From positions 124,001-188,000 of the forward strand of contig CAXKVF010000080.1 of the NCBI GenBank assembly GCA_964057225.1: 64,000 bases of DNA, in the 5' to 3' direction. A program made the position numbers and the translations under genes. Shown one piece after another: positions 37,701 through 52,700 of the stretch. The notes below the pieces were generated by a model. That model made no database searches and was not told the DNA's origin. It saw nothing but the letters and a program-made list of their open reading frames with translations. The number at the start of each line of letters is the position of its first letter. Within the stretch, counting starts at the first letter, position 1. The stretch comes from Auanema rhodensis. Taxonomy: Eukaryota; Animalia; Nematoda.

Positions 37701-40700
37701 ATTGGTGCATGGTAACCATGACTTTGAAATTTACGTGAACTTTAATTTATGCTAATTAAATGTACACGTGATGTGCACTTGGTATGTAACTCGCTTCACG
37801 TGAAAGATAAAGAGATGCGGTTTTCAAAATTAGATTCCCCATGTCCATATTAGTCTAAAAACAAATTTTTATTGATATTGGTTCATGGTAACCATGACTT
37901 TGAAATTTACGTGAACTTTAATTTATGCTAATTAAATGTACACGTGATGTGCACTTGGTATGTAACTCGCTTCACGTGAAAGATAAAGAGATGCGGTTTT
38001 CAAAATTAGATTCCCCATGTCCATATTAGTCTAAAAACAAATTTTTATTGATATTGCTTCATGGTAACCATGACTTTGAAATTTACGTGAACTTTAATTT
38101 ATGCTAATTAAATGTACACGTGATGTGCACTTGGTATGTAACTCGCTTCACGTGAAAGATGAAGAGATGCGGTTTTCAAAATTAGATTCCCCCTGTCCAT
38201 ATTAGTCTAAAAACAAATTTTTATTAATATTGGTGCATGGTAACCATGACTTTGAAATTTACGTGAACTTTAATTTATGCTAATTAAATGTACACGTGAT
38301 GTGCACTTGGTATGTAACTCGCTTCACGTGAAAGATAAAGAGATGCGGTTTTCAAAATTAGATTCTCCATGTCCATATTAGTCTAAAAACAAATTTTTAT
38401 TGATATTGGTGCATGGTAACCATGACTTTGAAATTTACGTGAACTTTAATTTATGCTAATTAAATGTACACGTGATGTGCACTTGGTATGTAACTCGCTT
38501 CACGTGAAAGATAAAGAGATGCGGTTTTCAAAATTAGATTCCCCATGTCCATATTAGTCTAAAAACAAATTTTTATTGATATTGCTTCATGGTAACCATG
38601 ACTTTGAAATTTACGTGAACTTTAATTTATGCTAATTAAATGTACACGTGATGTGCACTTGGTATGTAACTCGCTTCACGTGAAAGATGAAGAGATGCGG
38701 TTTTCAAAATTAGATTCCCCCTGTCCATATTAGTCTAAAAACAAATTTTTATTAATATTGGTGCATGGTAACCATGACTTTGAAATTTACGTGAACTTTA
38801 ATTTATGCTAATTAAATGTACACGTGATGTGCACTTGGTATGTAACTCGCTTCACGTGAAAGATAAAGAGATGCGGTTTTCAAAATTAGATTCCCCCTGT
38901 CCATATTAGTCTAAAAACAAATTTTTATTGATATTGCTTCATGGTAACCATGACTTTGAAATTTACGTGAACTTTAATTTATGCTAATTAAATGTACACG
39001 TGATGTGCACTTGGTATGTAACTCGCTTCACGTGAAAGATGAAGAGATGCGGTTTTCAAAATTAGATTCCCCCTGTCCATATTAGTCTAAAAACAAATTT
39101 TTATTGATATTGCTTCATGGTAACCATGACTTTGAAATTTACGTGAACTTTAATTTATGCTAATTAAATGTACACGTGATGTGCACTTGGTATGTAACTC
39201 GCTTCACGTGAAAGATAAAGAGATGCGGTTTTCAAAATTAGATTCCCCCTGTCCATATTAGTCTAAAAACAAATTTTTATTGATATTGCTTCATGGTAAC
39301 CATGACTTTGAAATTTACGTGAACTTTAATTTATGCTAATTAAATGTACACGTGATGTGCACTTGGTATGTAACTCGCTTCACGTGAAAGATGAAGAGAT
39401 GCGGTTTTCAAAATTAGATTCCCCCTGTCCATATTAGTCTAAAAACAAATTTTTATTGATATTGCTTCATGGTAACCATGACTTTGAAATTTACGTGAAC
39501 TTTAATTTATGCTAATTAAATGTACACGTGATGTGCACTTGGTATGTAACTCGCTTCACGTGAAAGATAAAGAGATGCGGTTTTCAAAATTAGATTCCCC
39601 ATGTCCATATTAGTCTAAAAACAAATTTTTATTGATATTGCTTCATGGTAACCATGACTTTGAAATTTACGTGAACTTTAATTTATGCTAATTAAATGTA
39701 CACGTGATGTGCACTTGGTATGTAACTCGCTTCACGTGAAAGATAAAGAGATGCGGTTTTCAAAATTAGATTCCCCATGTCCATATTAGTCTAAAAACAA
39801 ATTTTTATTGATATTGGTGCATGGTAACCATGACTTTGAAATTTACGTGAACTTTAATTTATGCTAATTAAATGTACACGTGATGTGCACTTGGTATGTA
39901 ACTCGCTTCACGTGAAAGATAAAGAGATGCGGTTTTCAAAATTAGATTCCCCATGTCCATATTAGTCTAAAAACAAATTTTTATTGATATTGGTTCATGG
40001 TAACCATGACTTTGAAATTTACGTGAACTTTAATTTATGCTAATTAAATGTACACGTGATGTGCACTTGGTATGTAACTCGCTTCACGTGAAAGATAAAG
40101 AGATGCGGTTTTCAAAATTAGATTCCCCATGTCCATATTAGTCTAAAAACAAATTTTTATTGATATTGCTTCATGGTAACCATGACTTTGAAATTTACGT
40201 GAACTTTAATTTATGCTAATTAAATGTACACGTGATGTGCACTTGGTATGTAACTCGCTTCACGTGAAAGATGAAGAGATGCGGTTTTCAAAATTAGATT
40301 CCCCCTGTCCATATTAGTCTAAAAACAAATTTTTATTAATATTGGTGCATGGTAACCATGACTTTGAAATTTACGTGAACTTTAATTTATGCTAATTAAA
40401 TGTACACGTGATGTGCACTTGGTATGTAACTCGCTTCACGTGAAAGATAAAGAGATGCGGTTTTCAAAATTAGATTCTCCATGTCCATATTAGTCTAAAA
40501 ACAAATTTTTATTGATATTGGTGCATGGTAACCATGACTTTGAAATTTACGTGAACTTTAATTTATGCTAATTAAATGTACACGTGATGTGCACTTGGTA
40601 TGTAACTCGCTTCACGTGAAAGATAAAGAGATGCGGTTTTCAAAATTAGATTCCCCATGTCCATATTAGTCTAAAAACAAATTTTTATTGATATTGCTTC

Positions 40701-43700
40701 ATGGTAACCATGACTTTGAAATTTACGTGAACTTTAATTTATGCTAATTAAATGTACACGTGATGTGCACTTGGTATGTAACTCGCTTCACGTGAAAGAT
40801 GAAGAGATGCGGTTTTCAAAATTAGATTCCCCCTGTCCATATTAGTCTAAAAACAAATTTTTATTAATATTGGTGCATGGTAACCATGACTTTGAAATTT
40901 ACGTGAACTTTAATTTATGCTAATTAAATGTACACGTGATGTGCACTTGGTATGTAACTCGCTTCACGTGAAAGATAAAGAGATGCGGTTTTCAAAATTA
41001 GATTCTCCATGTCCATATTAGTCTAAAAACAAATTTTTATTGATATTGGTGCATGGTAACCATGACTTTGAAATTTACGTGAACTTTAATTTATGCTAAT
41101 TAAATGTACACGTGATGTGCACTTGGTATGTAACTCGCTTCACGTGAAAGATAAAGAGATGCGGTTTTCAAAATTAAATTCCCCATGTCCATATTAGTCT
41201 AAAAACAAATTTTTATTGATATTGGTTCATGGTAACCATGACTTTGAAATTTACGTGAACTTTAATTAATGCTAATTAAATGTACACGTGATGTGCACTT
41301 GGTATGTAACTCGCTTCACGTGAAAGATAAAGAGATGCGGTTTTCAAAATTAGATTCCCCATGTCCATATTAGTCTAAAAACAAATTTTTATTGATATTG
41401 CTTCATGGTAACCATGACTTTGAAATTTACGTGAACTTTAATTTATGCTAATTAAATGTACACGTGATGTGCACTTGGTATGTAACTCGCTTCACGTGAA
41501 AGATAAAGAGATGCGGTTTTCAAAATTAGATTCCCCATGTCCATATTAGTCTAAAAACAAATTTTTATTGATATTGGTGCATGGTAACCATGACTTTGAA
41601 ATTTACGTGAACTTTAATTTATGCTAATTAAATGTACACGTGATGTGCACTTGGTATGTAACTCGCTTCACGTGAAAGATAAAGAGATGCGGTTTTCAAA
41701 TTTAGATTCTCCATGTCCATATTAGTCTAAAAACAAATTTTTATTGATATTGGTGCATGGTAACCATGACTTTGAAATTTACGTGAACTTTAATTTATGC
41801 TAATTAAATGTACACGTGATGTGCACTTGGTATGTAACTCGCTTCACGTGAAAGATAAAGAGATGCGGTTTTCAAAATTAGATTCCCCATGTCCATATTA
41901 GTCTAAAAACAAATTTTTATTGATATTGGTTCATGGTAACCATGACTTTGAAATTTACGTGAACTTTAATTTATTCTTATTAAATGTACACGTGATGTGC
42001 ACTTGGTATGTAACTCGCTTCACGTGAAAGATAAAGAGATGCGGTTTTCAAAATTAGATTCTCCATGTCCATATTAGTCTAAAAACAAATTTTTATTGAT
42101 ATTGGTGCATGGTAACCATGACTTTGAAATTTACGTGAACTTTAATTTATGCTAATTAAATGTACACGTGATGTGCACTTGGTATGTAACTCGCTTCACG
42201 TGAAAGATAAAGAGATGCGGTTTTCAAAATTAGATTCTCCATGTCCATATTAGTCTAAAAACAAATTTTTATTGATATTGGTTCATGGTAACCATGACTT
42301 TGAAATTTACGTGAACTTTAATTTATGCTAATTAAATGTACACGTGATGTGAACTTGGTATGTAACTCGCTTCACGTGAAAGATAAAGAGATGCGGTTTT
42401 CAAAATTAGATTCCCCATGTCCATATTAGTCTAAAAACAAATTTTTATTGATATTGGTTCATGGTAACCATGACTTTGAATTTTACGTGAACTTTAATTT
42501 ATGCTAATTAAATGTACACGTGATGTGCACTTGGTATGTAACTCGCTTCACGTGAAAGATAAAGAAATGCGGTTTTCAAAATTAGATTCCCCATGTCCAT
42601 ATTAGTCTAAAAACAAATTTTTATTGATATTGGTTCATGGTAACCATGACTTTGAAATTTACGTGAACTTTAATTTATGCTAATTAAATGTACACGTGAT
42701 GTGCACTTGGTATGTAACTCGCTTCACGTGAAAGATAAAGAGATGCGGTTTTCAAAATTAGATTCCCCATGTCCATATTAGTCTAAAAACAAATTTTTAT
42801 TGATATTGCTTCATGGTAACCATGACTTTGAAATTTACGTGAACTTTAATTTATGCTAATTAAATGTACACGTGATGTGCACTTGGTATGTAACTCGCTT
42901 CACGTGAAAGATAAAGAGATGCGGTTTTCAAAATTAGATTCCCCATGTCCATATTAGTCTAAAAACAAATTTTTATTGATATTGGTTCATGGTAACCATG
43001 ACTTTGAATTTTACGTGAACTTTAATTTATGCTAATTAAATGTACACGTGATGTGCACTTGGTATGTAACTCGCTTCACGTGAAAGATAAAGAAATGCGG
43101 TTTTCAAAATTAGATTCCCCATGTCCATATTAGTCTAAAAACAAATTTTTATTGATATTGGTTCATGGTAACCATGACTTTGAAATTTACGTGAACTTTA
43201 ATTTATGCTAATTAAATGTACACGTGATGTGCACTTGGTATGTAACTCGCTTCACGTGAAAGATAAAGAGATGCGGTTTTCAAAATTAGATTCCCCATGT
43301 CCATATTAGTCTAAAAACAAATTTTTATTGATATTGCTTCATGGTAACCATGACTTTGAAATTTACGTGAACTTTAATTTATGCTAATTAAATGTACACG
43401 TGATGTGCACTTGGTATGTAACTCGCTTCACGTGAAAGATAAAGAGATGCGGTTTTCAAAATTAGATTCCCCCTGTCCATATTAGTCTAAAAACAAATTT
43501 TTATTGATATTGCTTCATGGTAACCATGACTTTGAAATTTACGTGAACTTTAATTTATGCTAATTAAATGTACACGTGATGTGCACTTGGTATGTAACTC
43601 GCTTCACGTGAAAGATAAAGAGATGCGGTTTTCAAAATTAGATTCCCCATGTCCATATTAGTCTAAAAACAAATTTTTATTGATATTGCTTCATGGTAAC

Positions 43701-46700
43701 CATGACTTTGAAATTTACGTGAACTTTAATTTATGCTAATTAAATGTACACGTGATGTGCACTTGGTATGTAACTCGCTTCACGTGAAAGATAAAGAGAT
43801 GCGGTTTTCAAAATTAGATTCCCCATGTCCATATTAGTCTAAAAACAAATTTTTATTGATATTGCTTCATGGTAACCATGACTTTGAAATTTACGTGAAC
43901 TTTAATTTATGCTAATTAAATGTACACGTGATGTGCACTTGGTATGTAACTCGCTTCACGTGAAAGATAAAGAGATGCGGTTTTCAAAATTAGATTCCCC
44001 ATGTCCATATTAGTCTAAAAACAAATTTTTATTGATATTGCTTCATGGTAACCATGACTTTGAAATTTACGTGAACTTTAATTTATGCTAATTAAATGTA
44101 CACGTGATGTGCACTTGGTATGTAACTCGCTTCACGTGAAAGATAAAGAGATGCGGTTTTCAAAATTAGATTCCCCATGTCCATATTAGTCTAAAAACAA
44201 ATTTTTATTGATATTGGTGCATGGTAACCATGACTTTGAAATTTACGTGAACTTTAATTTATGCTAATTAAATGTACACGTGATGTGCACTTGGTATGTA
44301 ACTCGCTTCACGTGAAAGATAAAGAGATGCGGTTTTCAAAATTAGATTCCCCCTGTCCATATTAGTCTAAAAACAAATTTTTATTGATATTGCTTCATGG
44401 TAACCATGACTTTGAAATTTACGTGAACTTTAATTTATGCTAATTAAATGTACACGTGATGTGCACTTGGTATGTAACTCGCTTCACGTGAAAGATAAAG
44501 AGATGCGGTTTTCAAAATTAGATTCCCCATGTCCATATTAGTCTAAAAACAAATTTTTATTGATATTGGTGCATGGTAACCATGACTTTGAAATTTACGT
44601 GAACTTTAATTTATGCTAATTAAATGTACACGTGATGTGCACTTGGTATGTAACTCGCTTCACGTGAAAGATAAAGAGATGCGGTTTTCAAAATTAGATT
44701 CCCCCTGTCCATATTAGTCTAAAAACAAATTTTTATTGATATTGCTTCATGGTAACCATGACTTTGAAATTTACGTGAACTTTAATTTATGCTAATTAAA
44801 TGTACACGTGATGTGCACTTGGTATGTAACTCGCTTCACGTGAAAGATAAAGAGATGCGGTTTTCAAAATTAGATTCCCCATGTCCATATTAGTCTAAAA
44901 ACAAATTTTTATTGATATTGCTTCATGGTAACCATGACTTTGAAATTTACGTGAACTTTAATTTATGCTAATTAAATGTACACGTGATGTGCACTTGGTA
45001 TGTAACTCGCTTCACGTGAAAGATAAAGAGATGCGGTTTTCAAAATTAGATTCCCCATGTCCATATTAGTCTAAAAACAAATTTTTATTGATATTGGTGC
45101 ATGGTAACCATGACTTTGAAATTTACGTGAACTTTAATTTATGCTAATTAAATGTACACGTGATGTGCACTTGGTATGTAACTCGCTTCACGTGAAAGAT
45201 AAAGAGATGCGGTTTTCAAAATTAGATTCCCCCTGTCCATATTAGTCTAAAAACAAATTTTTATTGATATTGCTTCATGGTAACCATGACTTTGAAATTT
45301 ACGTGAACTTTAATTTATGCTAATTAAATGTACACGTGATGTGCACTTGGTATGTAACTCGCTTCACGTGAAAGATAAAGAGATGCGGTTTTCAAAATTA
45401 GATTCCCCATGTCCATATTAGTCTAAAAACAAATTTTTATTGATATTGGTGCATGGTAACCATGACTTTGAAATTTACGTGAACTTTAATTTATGCTAAT
45501 TAAATGTACACGTGATGTGCACTTGGTATGTAACTCGCTTCACGTGAAAGATAAAGAGATGCGGTTTTCAAAATTAGATTCCCCCTGTCCATATTAGTCT
45601 AAAAACAAATTTTTATTGATATTGCTTCATGGTAACCATGACTTTGAAATTTACGTGAACTTTAATTTATGCTAATTAAATGTACACGTGATGTGCACTT
45701 GGTATGTAACTCGCTTCACGTGAAAGATAAAGAGATGCGGTTTTCAAAATTAGATTCCCCATGTCCATATTAGTCTAAAAACAAATTTTTATTGATATTG
45801 CTTCATGGTAACCATGACTTTGAAATTTACGTGAACTTTAATTTATGCTAATTAAATGTACACGTGATGTGCACTTGGTATGTAACTCGCTTCACGTGAA
45901 AGATAAAGAGATGCGGTTTTCAAAATTAGATTCCCCATGTCCATATTAGTCTAAAAACAAATTTTTATTGATATTGCTTCATGGTAACCATGACTTTGAA
46001 ATTTACGTGAACTTTAATTTATGCTAATTAAATGTACACGTGATGTGCACTTGGTATGTAACTCGCTTCACGTGAAAGATAAAGAGATGCGGTTTTCAAA
46101 ATTAGATTCCCCATGTCCATATTAGTCTAAAAACAAATTTTTATTGATATTGGTTCATGGTAACCATGACTTTGAAATTTACGTGAACTTTAATTTATTC
46201 TTATTAAATGTACACGTGATGTGCACTTGGTATGTAACTCGCTTCACGTGAAAGATAAAGAGATGCGGTTTTCAAAATTAGATTCCCCATGTCCATATTA
46301 GTCTAAAAACAAATTTTTATTGATATTGCTTCATGGTAACCATGACTTTGAAATTTACGTGAACTTTAATTTATGCTAATTAAATGTACACGTGATGTGA
46401 ACTTGGTATGTAACTCGCTTCACGTGAAAGATAAAGAGATGCGGTTTTCAAAATTAGATTCCCCATGTCCATATTAGTCTAAAAACAAATTTTTATTGAT
46501 ATTGGTTCATGGTAACCATGACTTTGAATTTTACGTGAACTTTAATTTATGCTAATTAAATGTACACGTGATGTGCACTTGGTATGTAACTCGCTTCACG
46601 TGAAAGATAAAGAAATGCGGTTTTCAAAATTAGATTCCCCATGTCCATATTAGTCTAAAAACAAATTTTTATTGATATTGGTTCATGGTAACCATGACTT

Positions 46701-49700
46701 TGAAATTTACGTGAACTTTAATTTATGCTAATTAAATGTACACGTGATGTGCACTTGGTATGTAACTCGCTTCACGTGAAAGATAAAGAGATGCGGTTTT
46801 CAAAATTAGATTCCCCATGTCCATATTAGTCTAAAAACAAATTTTTATTGATATTGCTTCATGGTAACCATGACTTTGAAATTTACGTGAACTTTAATTT
46901 ATGCTAATTAAATGTACACGTGATGTGCACTTGGTATGTAACTCGCTTCACGTGAAAGATAAAGAGATGCGGTTTTCAAAATTAGATTCCCCATGTCCAT
47001 ATTAGTCTAAAAACAAATTTTTATTGATATTGGTTCATGGTAACCATGACTTTGAATTTTACGTGAACTTTAATTTATGCTAATTAAATGTACACGTGAT
47101 GTGCACTTGGTATGTAACTCGCTTCACGTGAAAGATAAAGAAATGCGGTTTTCAAAATTAGATTCCCCATGTCCATATTAGTCTAAAAACAAATTTTTAT
47201 TGATATTGGTTCATGGTAACCATGACTTTGAAATTTACGTGAACTTTAATTTATGCTAATTAAATGTACACGTGATGTGCACTTGGTATGTAACTCGCTT
47301 CACGTGAAAGATAAAGAGATGCGGTTTTCAAAATTAGATTCCCCATGTCCATATTAGTCTAAAAACAAATTTTTATTGATATTGCTTCATGGTAACCATG
47401 ACTTTGAAATTTACGTGAACTTTAATTTATGCTAATTAAATGTACACGTGATGTGCACTTGGTATGTAACTCGCTTCACGTGAAAGATAAAGAGATGCGG
47501 TTTTCAAAATTAGATTCCCCCTGTCCATATTAGTCTAAAAACAAATTTTTATTGATATTGCTTCATGGTAACCATGACTTTGAAATTTACGTGAACTTTA
47601 ATTTATGCTAATTAAATGTACACGTGATGTGCACTTGGTATGTAACTCGCTTCACGTGAAAGATAAAGAGATGCGGTTTTCAAAATTAGATTCCCCATGT
47701 CCATATTAGTCTAAAAACAAATTTTTATTGATATTGCTTCATGGTAACCATGACTTTGAAATTTACGTGAACTTTAATTTATGCTAATTAAATGTACACG
47801 TGATGTGCACTTGGTATGTAACTCGCTTCACGTGAAAGATAAAGAGATGCGGTTTTCAAAATTAGATTCCCCATGTCCATATTAGTCTAAAAACAAATTT
47901 TTATTGATATTGCTTCATGGTAACCATGACTTTGAAATTTACGTGAACTTTAATTTATGCTAATTAAATGTACACGTGATGTGCACTTGGTATGTAACTC
48001 GCTTCACGTGAAAGATAAAGAGATGCGGTTTTCAAAATTAGATTCCCCATGTCCATATTAGTCTAAAAACAAATTTTTATTGATATTGCTTCATGGTAAC
48101 CATGACTTTGAAATTTACGTGAACTTTAATTTATGCTAATTAAATGTACACGTGATGTGCACTTGGTATGTAACTCGCTTCACGTGAAAGATAAAGAGAT
48201 GCGGTTTTCAAAATTAGATTCCCCATGTCCATATTAGTCTAAAAACAAATTTTTATTGATATTGGTGCATGGTAACCATGACTTTGAAATTTACGTGAAC
48301 TTTAATTTATGCTAATTAAATGTACACGTGATGTGCACTTGGTATGTAACTCGCTTCACGTGAAAGATAAAGAGATGCGGTTTTCAAAATTAGATTCCCC
48401 ATGTCCATATTAGTCTAAAAACAAATTTTTATTGATATTGGTTCATGGTAACCATGACTTTGAAATTTACGTGAACTTTAATTTATGCTAATTAAATGTA
48501 CACGTGATGTGCACTTGGTATGTAACTCGCTTCACGTGAAAGATAAAGAGATGCGGTTTTCAAAATTAGATTCCCCATGTCCATATTAGTCTAAAAACAA
48601 ATTTTTATTGATATTGCTTCATGGTAACCATGACTTTGAAATTTACGTGAACTTTAATTTATGCTAATTAAATGTACACGTGATGTGCACTTGGTATGTA
48701 ACTCGCTTCACGTGAAAGATGAAGAGATGCGGTTTTCAAAATTAGATTCCCCCTGTCCATATTAGTCTAAAAACAAATTTTTATTAATATTGGTGCATGG
48801 TAACCATGACTTTGAAATTTACGTGAACTTTAATTTATGCTAATTAAATGTACACGTGATGTGCACTTGGTATGTAACTCGCTTCACGTGAAAGATAAAG
48901 AGATGCGGTTTTCAAAATTAGATTCTCCATGTCCATATTAGTCTAAAAACAAATTTTTATTGATATTGGTGCATGGTAACCATGACTTTGAAATTTACGT
49001 GAACTTTAATTTATGCTAATTAAATGTACACGTGATGTGCACTTGGTATGTAACTCGCTTCACGTGAAAGATAAAGAGATGCGGTTTTCAAAATTAGATT
49101 CCCCATGTCCATATTAGTCTAAAAACAAATTTTTATTGATATTGCTTCATGGTAACCATGACTTTGAAATTTACGTGAACTTTAATTTATGCTAATTAAA
49201 TGTACACGTGATGTGCACTTGGTATGTAACTCGCTTCACGTGAAAGATGAAGAGATGCGGTTTTCAAAATTAGATTCCCCCTGTCCATATTAGTCTAAAA
49301 ACAAATTTTTATTAATATTGGTGCATGGTAACCATGACTTTGAAATTTACGTGAACTTTAATTTATGCTAATTAAATGTACACGTGATGTGCACTTGGTA
49401 TGTAACTCGCTTCACGTGAAAGATAAAGAGATGCGGTTTTCAAAATTAGATTCTCCATGTCCATATTAGTCTAAAAACAAATTTTTATTGATATTGGTGC
49501 ATGGTAACCATGACTTTGAAATTTACGTGAACTTTAATTTATGCTAATTAAATGTACACGTGATGTGCACTTGGTATGTAACTCGCTTCACGTGAAAGAT
49601 AAAGAGATGCGGTTTTCAAAATTAAATTCCCCATGTCCATATTAGTCTAAAAACAAATTTTTATTGATATTGGTTGATGGTAACCATGACTTTGAAATTT

Positions 49701-52700
49701 ACGTGAACTTTAATTAATGCTAATTAAATGTACACGTGATGTGCACTTGGTATGTAACTCGCTTCACGTGAAAGATAAAGAGATGCGGTTTTCAAAATTA
49801 GATTCCCCATGTCCATATTAGTCTAAAAACAAATTTTTATTGATATTGCTTCATGGTAACCATGACTTTGAAATTTACGTGAACTTTAATTTATGCTAAT
49901 TAAATGTACACGTGATGTGCACTTGGTATGTAACTCGCTTCACGTGAAAGATAAAGAGATGCGGTTTTCAAAATTAGATTCCCCATGTCCATATTAGTCT
50001 AAAAACAAATTTTTATTGATATTGGTGCATGGTAACCATGACTTTGAAATTTACGTGAACTTTAATTTATGCTAATTAAATGTACACGTGATGTGCACTT
50101 GGTATGTAACTCGCTTCACGTGAAAGATAAAGAGATGCGGTTTTCAAATTTAGATTCTCCATGTCCATATTAGTCTAAAAACAAATTTTTATTGATATTG
50201 GTGCATGGTAACCATGACTTTGAAATTTACGTGAACTTTAATTTATGCTAATTAAATGTACACGTGATGTGCACTTGGTATGTAACTCGCTTCACGTGAA
50301 AGATAAAGAGATGCGGTTTTCAAAATTAGATTCCCCATGTCCATATTAGTCTAAAAACAAATTTTTATTGATATTGGTTCATGGTAACCATGACTTTGAA
50401 ATTTACGTGAACTTTAATTTATTCTTATTAAATGTACACGTGATGTGCACTTGGTATGTAACTCGCTTCACGTGAAAGATAAAGAGATGCGGTTTTCAAA
50501 ATTAGATTCTCCATGTCCATATTAGTCTAAAAACAAATTTTTATTGATATTGGTGCATGGTAACCATGACTTTGAAATTTACGTGAACTTTAATTTATGC
50601 TAATTAAATGTACACGTGATGTGCACTTGGTATGTAACTCGCTTCACGTGAAAGATAAAGAGATGCGGTTTTCAAAATTAGATTCTCCATGTCCATATTA
50701 GTCTAAAAACAAATTTTTATTGATATTGGTTCATGGTAACCATGACTTTGAAATTTACGTGAACTTTAATTTATGCTAATTAAATGTACACGTGATGTGA
50801 ACTTGGTATGTAACTCGCTTCACGTGAAAGATAAAGAGATGCGGTTTTCAAAATTAGATTCCCCATGTCCATATTAGTCTAAAAACAAATTTTTATTGAT
50901 ATTGGTTCATGGTAACCATGACTTTGAATTTTACGTGAACTTTAATTTATGCTAATTAAATGTACACGTGATGTGCACTTGGTATGTAACTCGCTTCACG
51001 TGAAAGATAAAGAAATGCGGTTTTCAAAATTAGATTCCCCATGTCCATATTAGTCTAAAAACAAATTTTTATTGATATTGGTTCATGGTAACCATGACTT
51101 TGAAATTTACGTGAACTTTAATTTATGCTAATTAAATGTACACGTGATGTGCACTTGGTATGTAACTCGCTTCACGTGAAAGATAAAGAGATGCGGTTTT
51201 CAAAATTAGATTCCCCATGTCCATATTAGTCTAAAAACAAATTTTTATTGATATTGCTTCATGGTAACCATGACTTTGAAATTTACGTGAACTTTAATTT
51301 ATGCTAATTAAATGTACACGTGATGTGCACTTGGTATGTAACTCGCTTCACGTGAAAGATAAAGAGATGCGGTTTTCAAAATTAGATTCCCCATGTCCAT
51401 ATTAGTCTAAAAACAAATTTTTATTGATATTGGTTCATGGTAACCATGACTTTGAATTTTACGTGAACTTTAATTTATGCTAATTAAATGTACACGTGAT
51501 GTGCACTTGGTATGTAACTCGCTTCACGTGAAAGATAAAGAAATGCGGTTTTCAAAATTAGATTCCCCATGTCCATATTAGTCTAAAAACAAATTTTTAT
51601 TGATATTGGTTCATGGTAACCATGACTTTGAAATTTACGTGAACTTTAATTTATGCTAATTAAATGTACACGTGATGTGCACTTGGTATGTAACTCGCTT
51701 CACGTGAAAGATAAAGAGATGCGGTTTTCAAAATTAGATTCCCCATGTCCATATTAGTCTAAAAACAAATTTTTATTGATATTGCTTCATGGTAACCATG
51801 ACTTTGAAATTTACGTGAACTTTAATTTATGCTAATTAAATGTACACGTGATGTGCACTTGGTATGTAACTCGCTTCACGTGAAAGATAAAGAGATGCGG
51901 TTTTCAAAATTAGATTCCCCCTGTCCATATTAGTCTAAAAACAAATTTTTATTGATATTGCTTCATGGTAACCATGACTTTGAAATTTACGTGAACTTTA
52001 ATTTATGCTAATTAAATGTACACGTGATGTGCACTTGGTATGTAACTCGCTTCACGTGAAAGATAAAGAGATGCGGTTTTCAAAATTAGATTCCCAATGT
52101 CCATATTAGTCTAAAAACAAATTTTTATTGATATTGCTTCATGGTAACCATGACTTTGAAATTTACGTGAACTTTAATTTATGCTAATTAAATGTACACG
52201 TGATGTGCACTTGGTATGTAACTCGCTTCACGTGAAAGATAAAGAGATGCGGTTTTCAAAATTAGATTCCCCATGTCCATATTAGTCTAAAAACAAATTT
52301 TTATTGATATTGCTTCATGGTAACCATGACTTTGAAATTTACGTGAACTTTAATTTATGCTAATTAAATGTACACGTGATGTGCACTTGGTATGTAACTC
52401 GCTTCACGTGAAAGATAAAGAGATGCGGTTTTCAAAATTAGATTCCCCATGTCCATATTAGTCTAAAAACAAATTTTTATTGATATTGCTTCATGGTAAC
52501 CATGACTTTGAAATTTACGTGAACTTTAATTTATGCTAATTAAATGTACACGTGATGTGCACTTGGTATGTAACTCGCTTCACGTGAAAGATAAAGAGAT
52601 GCGGTTTTCAAAATTAGATTCCCCATGTCCATATTAGTCTAAAAACAAATTTTTATTGATATTGGTGCATGGTAACCATGACTTTGAAATTTACGTGAAC